A stretch of DNA of 64,000 nt. Source: Eledone cirrhosa. Lineage: Eukaryota. The notes under the pieces are model-generated. The model worked only from the letters and a program-made list of their open reading frames with translations, did not search any database and was not told where the DNA came from. Shown one piece after another: positions 1-12,450 of the stretch; the stretch's first letter is position 1; each line of letters begins with the position of its first letter. The translations under genes were made by a program, and so were the position numbers. The DNA lies in NCBI GenBank assembly GCA_964016885.1, contig OZ024741.1, forward strand, positions 134,354,001 to 134,418,000. The letters run 5' to 3'.

Positions 1-515
1 AGTTTGTATCCTGCTGAGGTCAACTTTACCTTTCATCCTTCTGGGGTCAAAAAAATAATGTACCTGTCAAGTACTGGGCTTGATTAACTTTCCCTTTCCC
101 CAAAATGATGGCCTTGTGCCTAAATTACAATCATTAAATCCCATCGAGGTTAACTTTACCTTTCATCCTTACGGGGTTGATAAACTAAAGTACCAGTAAT
201 GCAGTGAGTAATTGCTGGCCTTGTGCCAAAAGTAGAAACAATTATATTAAAGGTTTTCAATGGACATGTAAATTCATCCTTCTTATCTCCCCCCACCTCT
301 ACATCCACAACCAGCTCATCTTAGGGTAGAGATGGCTCTTCAGTTGAGTCAATGACTGGTAACCTCTCTGTGCTGGTGACATGAACCCTCTAAAATGGTT
401 GGTGATAGGAAGGGCATTCAGCCATAAAAAGCATGCCAAAATGGCAGAGATGGCACACAGAGGTTAGTGTTAAGGGCATCCAAGCATTGAAACCCTATCA
501 AAGGTTTATTTAAGT

Positions 516-671
516 CAGCAGTAGCCAACCTTTTGGACTTCACAGACCACTAAATTCATAATTTTAATTCTTGTTGACCACTAGTAGGAATTTTTTTTAA
601 AAAGATAAATACATTAACATTTTTCTGCAGACCACCAAAATTTTCTCACAGACCAGCGTTGGCAGCCACTG
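516..671. mobile_element. hAT-like MITE
   Basis: CAG..GTAGCCAAC / GTTGGCAGCCACTG ends; 8-bp TSD-like ATTTAAGT / CTTTAAGT. Confidence 0.6.
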
Positions 672-1434
672 CTTTAAGTTGTACCAAGGACATGACAACT
701 TACCTAGTGCTGGTACCACAATAAAATACACAGTACAAAAGATAGACATCAGCACACACGGGAGTTGAACCCACGCCTCTTGTTTGCAGATGCTTATCTT
801 TTTTCATTATTATCAGACTATTTTATTTAGTCAAGGTAATGACAAAATCTAATTCAATGTTCAAATTCTGCTCCATGTTTTCTAAACATATACTCTCTCT
901 CTATATATATATATATATATCCAAATTGTGGAAGGGGACAAAATGAAGACAGTGGAAAAACCAATGGAAAAATGGACAGTCCCAGCTCCTCAGTCAACCT
1001 CTGGAAATTACTACAGTTTCAGTGCATTAAGGTTGATAGGGAGCACATTGATTGAGATAAAGACAGGACAGATTATGCCTTTCAGATGAAAAAGTTTCCC
1101 AAGTGAATCAACTGATAAAGAAGGGAGACAACAGTGCACCGGGGCTTAGCCAAAGATGAAGAAAATATAGAAAAGAAAGAAATAGAAAAACAGAAAATAA
1201 TATGAACTGCAGTCTAACATCTATTTTCCACGCTAGCATAGCTTAGACTAGTTGTCCCATTGTGAGACAATCCAGGTCAGATGACCATGTCTTGCTCATA
1301 CAGAGTTGATTTTGGCTTGGTTTCTATAGCTGGATGCCCTTCCTAACGCCAACCACATTTATGGTACTGAGATATTTTTGTTCTGACATCTACATTATCA
1401 CTTTACAATGTGAGCAGGGCATACTAAATGTATG

Positions 1435-3712
1435 CTTCAACCTGAGAACGTAGGAAGGTAGGTCTTCTGTATTACTGCATAATGCCAGAGATCACAGTCC
1501 TGTGTCATTGCCTTTGAGAGATGCAATTGTGTGAGGTCAGCTTTTATCACCTTATTCCAAGTCTTCCTGGGTCTTCCTGTTCCATAGCTTTCATCAACCT
1601 TCAGCGTTCTGCACCTTTTTATACAGCTGTCATCCTTCATACACATCACATATCCATACCAACGCAATCTCTTCTTCTGCACACAGCATCAGATCCCTCT
1701 TATGCCTAGTTTCTCTCTCAGTTCATTTATGCTTTGCTGTTCATGTATATTACTATTATACATCCAACGAAGCATGGAAGCTTCATTTCTTTCCAATCTT
1801 CACAGGTCTTCTGCATAAGTCTCACTACCATGCAACATTGCTGTTTGTATACATGCATCATACAATCTGCCCTTCATTTTGAGGGAAATATATTTTGTAG
1901 TTAGCAGTGGTAGCAGCTCCCTGAACAATTTCCATCTTGCTCTCCCTCAGGCTACAGTGCTTTCAGAGCACCCTCCTCCACAGCTAATTTAGTCACCTGG
2001 TTAACAGAAACTATCTACTACTTCTACAGAGCCCTCTGGGCATTTGAAGGAACTAGTACCCTGTGAGCTCTTTCTACATGCTGCACCTGTGCATTGGCCA
2101 CATAAAACCAACGTTCTTTGCTAGCCTGCTCGAGATCCCACTACATCTCTTGTGTATCCATAGTTTGCATTTGAGACATAAGACAGAATTTCTACATATT
2201 TCTTTTCTGCACACTGAGCAAGGCCATTCCCCTGAGGGAATCTGGGCTCTGTTTTCCTTTCTATACACAAGGACTTTGGTCTTTGACAAGTTAACTTGAA
2301 GACCTTTTGATTCTAGACCATGCTTCCAGGTTTGGAATTTCTTCTTTAATTCTGCCATAGATTCAGCTATAAGGGTTAGGTCATCTAGATACAGAAGTTC
2401 CCATGGGCAGCCAGTCTTAAACTCTTCTGTTGTAGTCTGCAGGACGATAATAAACAGGAGAGTTCTAAGAACCGAGTCCTGATGGACACCAACCTGCATG
2501 CTAAATTTGCTATAGTCATTGTTAATTCTAACCTTGTTGACTTTTTCTATACATGGCTTGTACTGCCCTCACAAGCCACTCGTTTACTTCAAGTTTCTTA
2601 AGAGTCCCAGATAATGGAATAGGGGACTGTCAAAAGCTTTCTCCATGTCAACAAATGCCAAGTACAATTGTTCACTTTTAGCTAGGTACTTCTCCTGCAG
2701 TTGCCTCACAAGGAAGGGGGCATCTGTGGCACAAATCCAAACTACATCTCATCTAGGTTAACTTGTTCCCTAATCAGCTGTGCTATAACTCTTTCAGTGA
2801 CCTTCATAACCTGGTCAACCAACTTAATGCCTCTACAGTTTTCTCTGTCTAGAGCATCTCCTTTGCCCTTGTAGCAGTTAACTATGATGGTACTAATGGT
2901 AGTGCCATGTCAGTCATTTTGTATTACTTGGTTGACAATACAAGTGACTATGGTGTAACCTACCATCCCAGATGCTTTCAGCATCTCGGCAACTATACCT
3001 GTAGATCCAGTTACCTTGCCTGTCTTCATATCCTTGATTGCTTTACTTACTATATTACTGTTGATTTGTACAGCTAGTCACTCTGTTGGGTCAACTCAGG
3101 GCAAACTATCTTTCCATGCATTCTCCTCATTCAGTAATCTTTCATCATGGCACTTCTATGCTACCTTCTTTTCTGTATCAGTGAGGGCAAATACGCCGTT
3201 ATCATCGGAGACACTTCTCATCATCATCACAATTTTCCCTGATACACTGCCTTGCTATCCTTTTGGTTCTCACACTGCAAAACATGCTTAAATTTTTTAT
3301 CTTCTGCTTCCCTTCTTGCAAAGTATACTTGTCACCTAACTTTTCTCCTAGCATTCTGGTAGAGTTCTCTACTTCCCCCATTCTGCCATTCTTTCCATGC
3401 CTGTATTGTGGCCTTAATTTTCTCATCTACCCTACTATTCCACCATCAAGTCACTATCCTTCTCCCTAGAGACCTGCTCCAAACACAGATTTCGTTTGTC
3501 ATTTGTCGCTTTCAATAGGTTATCTTTCAGGAACTCCCACAGCTTCTCTATATTGTATATTTCTATTTGCTCTTCCTTACTGTCTAAAGCATCAAGCAAC
3601 TTACCTCTATATTTGTTACTGGCTGATGGATCCTTTAACTTCCATATTCTTCTCCTCCAGGTCATCCTCTGTCACTGAGTTTTTCTAGCCCTAACTATAA
3701 GATCGCTAACTA
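1435..3712 (-). mobile_element. Decayed RTE-clade LINE (ORF2 RT, with PHD-like finger)
   Basis: QVGVHQxSVL..LLF, CPWELLYLDDL, NLSKTKV, RLRWYG and GRPRKTW motifs across broken frames. Confidence 0.88.
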
Positions 3713-3879
3713 CTAGATAATATACATGTATAAAATCACACACACACAAATTTAAATATATATATATATCATCATCATCATCATCATCGTTTAACGTCCA
3801 TGTTCCACGCTTGCATGGGTTTGGACGGGAGTTTTCCCACTTGAGGCAAGAGTGGTTGTCTTGCTCGCATAGGACTGTC

Positions 3880-3913
<34 letters not shown>

Positions 3914-5068
3914 TATGCACACACACACACACACAGAAGAGAAAGTGAACAAGGTAAACAATGATGATGATGATGATGATGATGGTGGTGTGTATATGTA
4001 TATGTATAGGAAGTGTATAATGGAATGGTGTTTATAGCTGAATGCCAGTAGTAGTATTTCTGTGACTGTAAAAAAAATGACTAAATTATATAAAATATTT
4101 GTAAACATGACATTCCATGTGTGTGATGAAAGATATTGAATGAACTAACAGCCAGTATCCTGGAAAGAAGTGAAGTATGTTTGTTAACAGAGTAAAGCAT
4201 ATTTCATAATGTTTGTTCTAAATTCTAAATCTGTGACACTTTATGTCAGGAACTATTTTTTCAACTAGTTTTTCTTGCTCCTGATTATATACTGAAGAAT
4301 CCCAAACTAGTTTTATAATATAAAGAGAGAAATATGGTGCTTTGGTGACGTCATAGGAATCAATTCTTTTATCTTTCTGGCATTAAAATAAAGATAAATT
4401 AGGTCTTTCGTCTTCAGTAACTCTAGTTATATCACTATCTTTTTCCCTATTATTCACTAGGTTGTGGTGAAGGATAGTATGGCAGCTGATTCAATCATGG
4501 AACTCTCTGCCAGTGAAATTAATGTGTAAGTGGCTGAACATTCCACTGACACATGCACCCTTAACGTAGTTCTCATGGAGATTGAGTGTGACACAGACTA
4601 TAACACGGTTGACCCCTTGAATTACAGGTACAACCCATTTATGCCAGCTGACTGGAGCAATATGAAATAAAGTGTCTTGCTCAATGACACAATGTACTGT
4701 CCAGTCCAAGAATTGAAATCACAACTTTACGATCATGAGCCAAACATCTTAACCATTAAGCCATGCAACTTTAAACATTTACTAGGTATTAGGCAGAGAA
4801 ATTGCAGAGTCATTAGAACATCAAATAGAATGTACCACATAAACAATACATTTGATGAAGATGAGTGGTATATACCATACTTAAAAAATAAAGGATGGCT
4901 AGGCAAAATATATAGCTTGAGAAAATCTGCCTCAAAATAGTCTTGTTCAACCATACATGAATATATGCATGCACACTCAAAATTGATTGAAGACAATATA
5001 GGGCTTGAGAGGACTCTTTAGTCTGGTCAAGCATGTGACAATCTCTAGTATTGGTACTCTGTAAACCT

Positions 5069-5520
5069 TGTAAAGTATTAGTGCTGGTGCCATAATAAAA
5101 TGTACCCAGTACACCCTGTAAAGTGTTAGTGCCAGTGCCATAAAATGCACCTAGTACACACTGAAAATGTTAGTACTGGTGCCACAACAAAATGCACCTA
5201 ATACACCCTGCAAAGTGTTAGCTCGTGCCATAATAAAATGCACCCAGTATACACTGTAAAGTATTAATGCTGGTGCCACAATAAAACATACCCAGTCCCA
5301 AAGTGTTAGTGCTGGTTTCACAACAAAATGCACTGAGTACAATCTTTAAAATGGTAGTGTTAGTGATATAATGAAATACACTCAGTACATTCTGTAAAAT
5401 GGTAGTGCTGGTACCACAATAAAACACACTCAGTACACTCTGTAAAGTGGTAGTGTTGGTGCTACAATAAAATGCACCCTCTAAAGTGATAGTTTTGGTA
5501 CCATGATAAAATGCACCAAG
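5069..5520 (+). repeat. ~48-bp minisatellite expanded inside a SINE
   Basis: About 9-10 diverged units of TGTAAAGTGTTAGTGCTGGTGCCACAATAAAATGCACCCAGTACACTC followed by a SINE tail. The same unit is arrayed at 22840-23035, 23870-24365, 31280-31680, 38650-38930, 52910-53130 and 58790-58930. Confidence 0.9.
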
Positions 5521-5609
5521 TCAACTAAAATATTTGGCATTAGGAAGGCATCCAGCCATAGAAACCTTGCCAAAAATGGAACGTAATAAGCAAGATTGCT
5601 TGCTCTGAT

Positions 5610-5917
5610 CAGGATTGTACTTAGACCCTGGGGGGCTCAGGGCTCTTCAGGTTTTGGGGTGCTCAAGGCACTTCAAGTTTGGGGGGCCACCTCATACACA
5701 AAAAATTAGAATACACAGTAAATGTCCCAATTTTACATATCAAAGTTAGCTTGATGCAAGTAATTGGAATTGAAAAATTATACATGCAGGTATTAAATTC
5801 AAAAATTGTAACCATCCTAAAACTAAAAAAGCCTAGCTGAGGGCACAAATAAATTGCTACAGCCTTAAAGGGACTGGGGCAATTGCCCCCCTTTGCTTCC
5901 CATTAAATCCAGCCCTG
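5610..5917. mobile_element. hAT-like MITE inserted in a SINE tail
   Basis: CAGG... / ...TAAATCCAGCCCTG ends; degenerate 8-bp TSD GCTCTGAT / GTTCTGAC; the SINE tail resumes after it. Confidence 0.5.
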
Positions 5918-7264
5918 GTTCTGACCCATCTAATCTTGGACCATGACAACCCAGCATGGAAAATGAGCATAAAATGATGATGATGATGATACTCATACAC
6001 AGAACTATGTGGTTGCAAAGCAAACTTCTTAACCACACAGCCATGTCTGCCTCCAATCCTGCTGGTGTATAAAGAACACAGAAGTTTATAGATACAGCAC
6101 CAACTTCTTAAAATTTGATACCAAACTATCCTAGATATATGATACAAAACTTGCACATTTAAAGTTTACCCTTAATTCCATCATAATTATATTTTAGACA
6201 TTTTTCTTGATGTTCTAAATGTCAGCTTAATAATGAAAAAGTTATTTTATTAAATTCCATCAAAATTTTAGTTATTTTGAAGATTAATTGAAACTCATAG
6301 GCAGTGTATTTCATCAAAAATACAGTAACAAAAGGGCTAAAACTAACAAAAAAATATCTAAATTATTCCAAACTTATGTAGCACCAGTAAGACTTTGTAC
6401 TATGTCAATATTTCTTTTCAAAGTCAGCATCACAGGATAGAAGATGTTTTTGATATGTTCACAAAACAGCTATCAGGTTACATGTGGCAAGGAAAAACAT
6501 TAGTCATTGTTTTTAACCTAAAAGTTATAAACAACTCCTATAAATCTGGTTTCTTCTGCCATTTTATACTAACAATGAAGTAAAAAGACAATATTCTATT
6601 TTATATTAAAAGAAAAGTTCAAAATATAGATTTTAACTTGGATTATTTTATTTCTTAATTTCCCTGTAAATATACATTTCAATCCAATTAAATTCTATGT
6701 TTTTTTGAGTTGCAAAAAGAACAAATCAATAAATTTTAAAAAATATATCACAGGTCTTGACGGATCTGGTGATGCTTGTAATGGTACTTGTCTATTCCAG
6801 CACCTCAACCTTGCTATCACCTAAAGTAATGCTATGAGTGTTTGGAGATTGCTTCAAATTTCAAAAATATATATAATGGAAATCTTTAAAAATTATCCCA
6901 CCCTATCTTCTTACAAAAAAAAGGACACATTGGATGGAGTCACTGGTACTATGCCCAGAAAAAAAGATAGACCATGAATGGAATGTTTTTAACACAGTCT
7001 AAAGTCAGTTTAAAGCCTGGAGGCTCATCAGGCCAGTGCTTATACCAGTTTCCTTGGCGTTAAACGATAGAGAGTACAAGACATCCTCTTGGATAGGACA
7101 CCAGTTCATAGGATTAACCCTCCAGCTGGTGCTCATTTTCAGCTGAGTATACTGGAGCACCTTCACTTTATCATAGGTCTGTTAAATTAAAGTTGATATG
7201 GAGCTAAATAACTTCCTTCATACTTTAAAAACGGCAAATTCCACCTCTCGAAGCAAGAAACTAA

Positions 7265-7740
7265 AGGATTATATATCATTGTGTGACGATATGCAAAACA
7301 TGTTATAGCGTTCTGATATTATTTATTGTTATAGCGTTCTGATATTATTTATTCCTAATAGTGCTTTTCATCTGTTTCAGATGTCCATCATAAATGAGCA
7401 CAAACTCTTTTCATAATACATCCACTTTATTTGTATCAATAAATGATGGACATCTGAAACAGATGAAAAGCACTATTAGGAATAAATAATTGTTTCTACT
7501 TTAGGCACAAGGCCAGCAATTACCCAGTGCATTACTGGTACTTTATTTTATCGACCCCGTAAGGATGAAAGGCAAAGTCAACCTCGGCGGGATTTGAACT
7601 CAGATCGTAAAGGGACGTAACTATGCTGGAAAGCATGGCGTCAGACCCTCTACCGATACTGCCAATCCACTATTAGGAATAAATAATATCAGAACGCTAT
7701 AACATGTTTTGCATATCGCCACACAATGATATATAATCCT
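7265..7740. repeat. Fold-back inverted repeat interrupted by a SINE
   Basis: Left arm 7265-7391 pairs with 7443-7490 + 7688-7740; 26-bp tandem duplication in the left arm. Confidence 0.9.
7491..7667 (-). mobile_element. tRNA-derived SINE (Ceph/Nin-like core) with 20-bp TSD
   Basis: A box TGGCAGTATCGG, B box GAGTTCAAATCC, core CCTTTCATCCTTACGGGGTCGATAAAATAAAGTACC; TSD CACTATTAGGAATAAATAAT at 7471 and 7668. Other copies or fragments at ~1-250, 11335-11526, 13984-14150, 33797-33871, 36150-36215, 38452-38635, 39075-39508, 47100-47250, 47903-48060, 57755-57850, 61881-62058 and 63210-63327. Confidence 0.9.
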
Positions 7741-8408
7741 CTAGAAACAGCAGCTGTACCTCCTTTATATCGCATTCTATCATATTAGAAAAGGAAGAAT
7801 GTATTAAGTAATGTCATAGATATCCTATACCACAAAAGAAAGACAAGCCTTCATAGCTGAAACATTTTATCATGGGTCTGCTAGATCAAGACAGCTTTAA
7901 ATTGGAGAGATATTGATGCAAAAGTAATCTAAGATTATAAGGCATTTTAAAAATATTACACGGGTGTATGAGTAGATATTTTTTTGTTTGGTTAGAATTT
8001 CGAAGGTGAGTCGTTCTCCCTTGGTTATTTCCATGTCTTAGCCACACTATCAGCCACGGTAATGCTGCGAGCGTGTTGGCTTGCCTCAAAAAGTATTAGG
8101 AGGTTCTGATACCCTTTGTGGTGTGTTGAATTGGTATTTTGTTTTATTATTGTTTTTTTCGATTGTATATGTTTGTGTTATATTTACAAGGTTCAACGAA
8201 TTCTATTTTTTCCCAATCAAGAACTCCATAACAACTACTTCGGAGACGAGTGTTATGGAGTTAAAAAATTACGAACTATAAGTTCTGTGTGGGTGTTATT
8301 AATAAAGATAAGTTTAATTAGCGTGACCATATTTAATTGGTGTAACGAATTGAACGACACAAAAAAGGTTATCAGCCGTTAATTCAATCATAAACACTGT
8401 ACATTAAA

Positions 8409-8485
8409 GGGGAAAACAATTTCCTGTCTATTCGTGTGCTTTCAACTAATCTGATTCTGGGAATCAACTTTTAGCCTTGGAATAC

Positions 8486-8516
<31 letters not shown>

Positions 8517-9062
8517 CGCGTGTTATCAACGAATAGGACCTCCAATCGGGTCGGAAGCGACTAGATTTGTAGAAAAAGTGGGGTGAAAAGAACATCAGGG
8601 TTTCGCAGATAGACGCGCCTCTCGCGTTTGATGGGAAATATAATTATTTCCTACCAATTATCTTTCCTCGAGTTTTTTCTGGACCTCTTAGATACCTGCA
8701 ATGGACTTTTATTTACAGGTAAGGGTTAGGTTCAGGAGTAGGGTTTCCATTTTCCGGGGGGAAAAAAGTCTATTGCAAGCATCTAAGAGGTCCAGAAAAA
8801 AACAAGGAAAAATAATTCCCACCAAACGCCAGAGGTGTGTATATTTGCGACTCCGATGATCTTTTCACTCCCTTTCACCTTATTTTTTCTACAAATCTAG
8901 TCGTTTCCGACTGGTTTGGAGGTCATATTCGTTGATAATACGAAGAAAAAAAAGGAGAAAAAATTCCGAGGAGGGAAAAAGTCAATTGCCAGAATCTTGA
9001 AGATTAAATTAGTTGATAGCACACGGAAAAAAAAAAAAAAAACGGGAAAAATTGTTTCCCCC
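8409..9062. mobile_element. Fold-back MITE-like element (~300-bp diverged arms) with TTAGGG-like core
   Basis: GGGGAAAACAATTT... / ...AAATTGTTTCCCCC ends; the arms are reverse complements; centre GGTAAGGGTTAGGTTCAGGAGTAGGG. Confidence 0.75.
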
Positions 9063-9596
9063 AAAGTAACGGGTATAAAAATATAAATGAATATATAGGA
9101 AAAGCTGAGTACATTATATAAAAACGAAGGCATGTATATCGAAAATGGTAAATGTTTTATTTATAACACCCGTCCACTCTTTCGAGGTCGATAAAATAAT
9201 GTACCAATGAGGTATTGAGGTCGATTTAATCGACTTTACCCCTGCTCCAAATTGCTTGCCTTGTGCCTAAATTAAAATCATTATATCCACCTTGTAGAGC
9301 CGTGCAATAATGAAATTAATTAAATTTTAAGGGTAGTTAGTTGATAGATTTGAATAAAATTTTAAAGATGAAATTTACGTTTTTCCTATGATTGTTTGTG
9401 CTTTGAACGAATATGGCCTTCAAATCCGTCGTATTTTACTCGTTTTCTGTGGTCCTCTTTCCACCTGAGAATTCCATAATACTCATCTCAGAGACGAGTG
9501 TAATAATGGATATTTACTGCAAAAATTAACAGGTATGTAAGAGATGAAGGAGCGGTTTGTAGATATTAGGAGGCGATATATATATATATATATATA

Positions 9597-9731
9597 TATT
9601 AAAATAACAGATTAAAGTTTAAGCAAAGAATCGCTGCTTTCACCCTTAACGGAATCTTCTGAGTTTCAGAAGATCCCATTAAGGGTGAAAGCAGCGATTC
9701 TTTGCTTAAACTTTAATCTGTTATTTTAATA
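9597..9731. repeat. Near-perfect 135-bp palindrome whose arm matches Helitron internal sequence
   Basis: Arm matches 34953-35020; it is followed by sequence matching 33901-33951. Confidence 0.9.
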
Positions 9732-9896
9732 AATATTTGCTCTACGGTTCTTATATATTTGATATATATTTATCCTTATCGAGCCCTCTTTGGATTTATT
9801 ACTATATATATATATATATAGACCCCTAATATCTACATACCGCTCCTTCACCTCTCTCTCTCTATATATATAACATCTCTCTCTATATATATATAT

Positions 9897-10092
9897 AACG
9901 AAGGAGGTGTGGTAAGGAACCAGATGGACCATAACGCACCAGAGTACTCAATACTTAGGGTAGTAGAGTGGGTAATAGGAAAATGTTTAACCTCGACGGC
10001 AGAGCTCAAGCCGTTTCGACGGCTATTTCTGGACTCCAGAATAGCCGTCGAAACGGCTTGAGCTCTGCCGTCGGGGTTAAACATTTTCCTAT
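9897..10092 (-). mobile_element. 196-bp terminal-hairpin element in (TA)n, copy 1
   Basis: 118-nt palindrome (9975-10092) plus 78-nt tail; homologous to 40699-40894. Confidence 0.85.
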
Positions 10093-10704
10093 AGATATAT
10101 AGATATATATATATATATATACATACATACACACACACATATATATATGAGTACCTGAGAAAGTTGAAAGACTAAACAGAATATATATATATATAAGCAC
10201 CAGAGAAAGTTGAAAGACTAAGCAGAATATAAAGCCCTGCATACCAGAGCGCACGCACCCCCCTACACTTATACCGCCCTGGCCCGTATCATTTGGGGTA
10301 GCGATGTTTGAGCACATTTTAATTTAAAGCAAGACAATGCAGAATTATTTATATATATATATCGTTTATGAATTACACGTTTTAAAGTTATATATAATCT
10401 AAATTACACAGCAATGTTCGTGATGAATTGGTGAATATTTATAAAATGAAAAAAAATAATCATACATACTTGACGAAAGTGTTGGTGAAGTTTGGGCAAC
10501 AGGTTTTAGCCGAACTAGTTAGCCCGGAATAAACTGGGGTAATGGATAGTAGAGGCTTCCAAGTGGAGCAACTGGATATAGCGTGTTGATAGATGTAACG
10601 AATCATTATGCTGCCTGACAACTCCACTTGCCAAAGTGTTTTTGTTATGTAAATATTTAGAGTTATCTCCCCTTGGCTAACTTCACTCTTTAATCTCTCT
10701 TCTT

Positions 10705-11070
10705 TTTCGCCTTCTTCATTCACTTATTCCTGGGAAGGCCGTGAGGTCAAAGTCCTCAAGCCCGCCTTTCATCGGGTCCTATCAGAAACAACTGTCTCTA
10801 ATTGATCTGGCTAGGGGCACCTGCCGAGTTCATGGATGTTATCCAACCGCCCTGCTCGGGCCTTGGTTTTGCCCGTAAAATCTGTCCAGCGATTATTTCC
10901 TGAGACATTCTAACCGCATGCCCGTAATATTGGAGCTGTCATCTCACAAATAGGCGCTACCTGTAGCAACTTCCTCATCTTTGAGCTATGTACCCTGTCG
11001 AATAACGTTACTCCAAAGACCCTTCGGGGGAACTCCATTTGTATTCGCGATCGTATTCTTTCGGTAATTT
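10705..11070 (-). mobile_element. RTE LINE 3' fragment
   Basis: RRVFGVTLFDRV and QLQYYGHAVRM remnants; same CCCAGGAATAAGTG end as the copy at 55700. Confidence 0.6.
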
Positions 11071-12204
11071 TAATGTCTGATGAGGAATGTGGTAAATGGC
11101 ATCATATTTAGAGAATTTTCAGGCTAAACTTCGTCACATATTTGTTTTTATTTTATATTGCAATTGCTTAACAATAGTGTCGCTTTTTTATTGTGTTTTT
11201 TATTGATTGTTTTCTTAACATATCTCCAGCAATCTTTGGACATGTAGATCCATTTTCAGGTTGTCAAACTACAGATCATATCATTTCATTTGGTCACCAA
11301 TGCCCCAGGTTGTTGACAACCAAAATAATAATAATAATTGTTTCTACTTTACACTAGGCCAACAATTAAATCGACCCCAGTGCATTAATGGTGCTTTATT
11401 TTATCGACCCGGTAAAGATGAAAGGCAAAGCTAACCTTGACGGGATTTGAACTCAGAACGTAAACGGCCATAACTCTATACCGCAAAACATAGTGTCCGT
11501 CGCTCTACCGATATTGCCAATCCACAAAATAATTTCGATCTCTTAAAACAAAGAAAAGAATAAGTTTCATTTTTGCATGAATATTTCTAAGTTAATCATT
11601 ATCATCATCATCAAAAATAAAAAGCTAAAATATTTATTTGACATTCGCGATTATCCTTAGTTTCATTTTTAACTATGCCGCAAATATCCACCTTTAACCC
11701 TAACCCCATATATGGGTCAAAATATGTGTTGGAGCTCCGTCAGTTCCGACGATGAGCGTTTCCGTTGTTTGAACAATGGAACAGCCTGCTCGTAAAATTA
11801 TACAAGTTTGGGGCATTCCGCAAACACGTGTACCCTTGACGTAGTTTTCATGGATATTCAGCATGAGAGCAAGGCCAGATCTTTGAATTACAGCTTTAAC
11901 TCGTTTTTGCCAGCTGAGAAGATTGGAGCAACGTGAAATAAAGTGTCTCGCCCAAGGACAACACACCATGAAAAATCAAACTCATGACCTTACCTTACGT
12001 TTGTGCCCTAAACAATGCCACAAGCCTTTCCTTATATCAAAATAATAGCTCAACTCATCCTGACATATCTTGTTGAACTATGTGAGAATACTTCCAATGT
12101 ACCATCTGGGTCCCAGTGTGGTATTCACACTATGCAAACTGCAAGAGAAATGCACTTAATATCAAAATCAATTATACATATAGGTTGAAGAGTTTGGTAA
12201 GGAT

Positions 12205-12450
12205 AGAGATTAGCCCTGGAGACCCTTTGTTTGAAAGTGATGGAAGGGACATTTAGAGACTAGCTCTGAAGTCCTTTGAGGGTGATGGAAGGGACATTTA
12301 GAGACTAGCTCTTCAGCCCTTTGTTTGAGAGTAATGTAAAGGACATTATGTGAACCAGTGGTGTTTTTGCTGGCAAGGATACAGACTAGCTCTGGAGCTC
12401 TTTGAGGATAATGGAAGGGATATTGTGTGAAACAGTGGTGTCTTTGTTGG
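12205..12450. repeat. Degenerate ~45-bp minisatellite
   Basis: Repeated GAGACTAGCTCT...TTTGAG.GTGATGGAAGGGACATTTA. Confidence 0.7.

Noticed and set aside
5069-5520. Regularly spaced repeats resembling a CRISPR array
   Set aside because: The whole ~48-bp unit repeats without unique spacers, it sits inside SINEs in a eukaryotic context, and there are no cas genes.
11073-11140. ATGT-CTGATGA...TAAACTTCGTC-ACAT hammerhead-like motif
   Set aside because: GAAA is absent and stem II is not convincing; at best a fossil.
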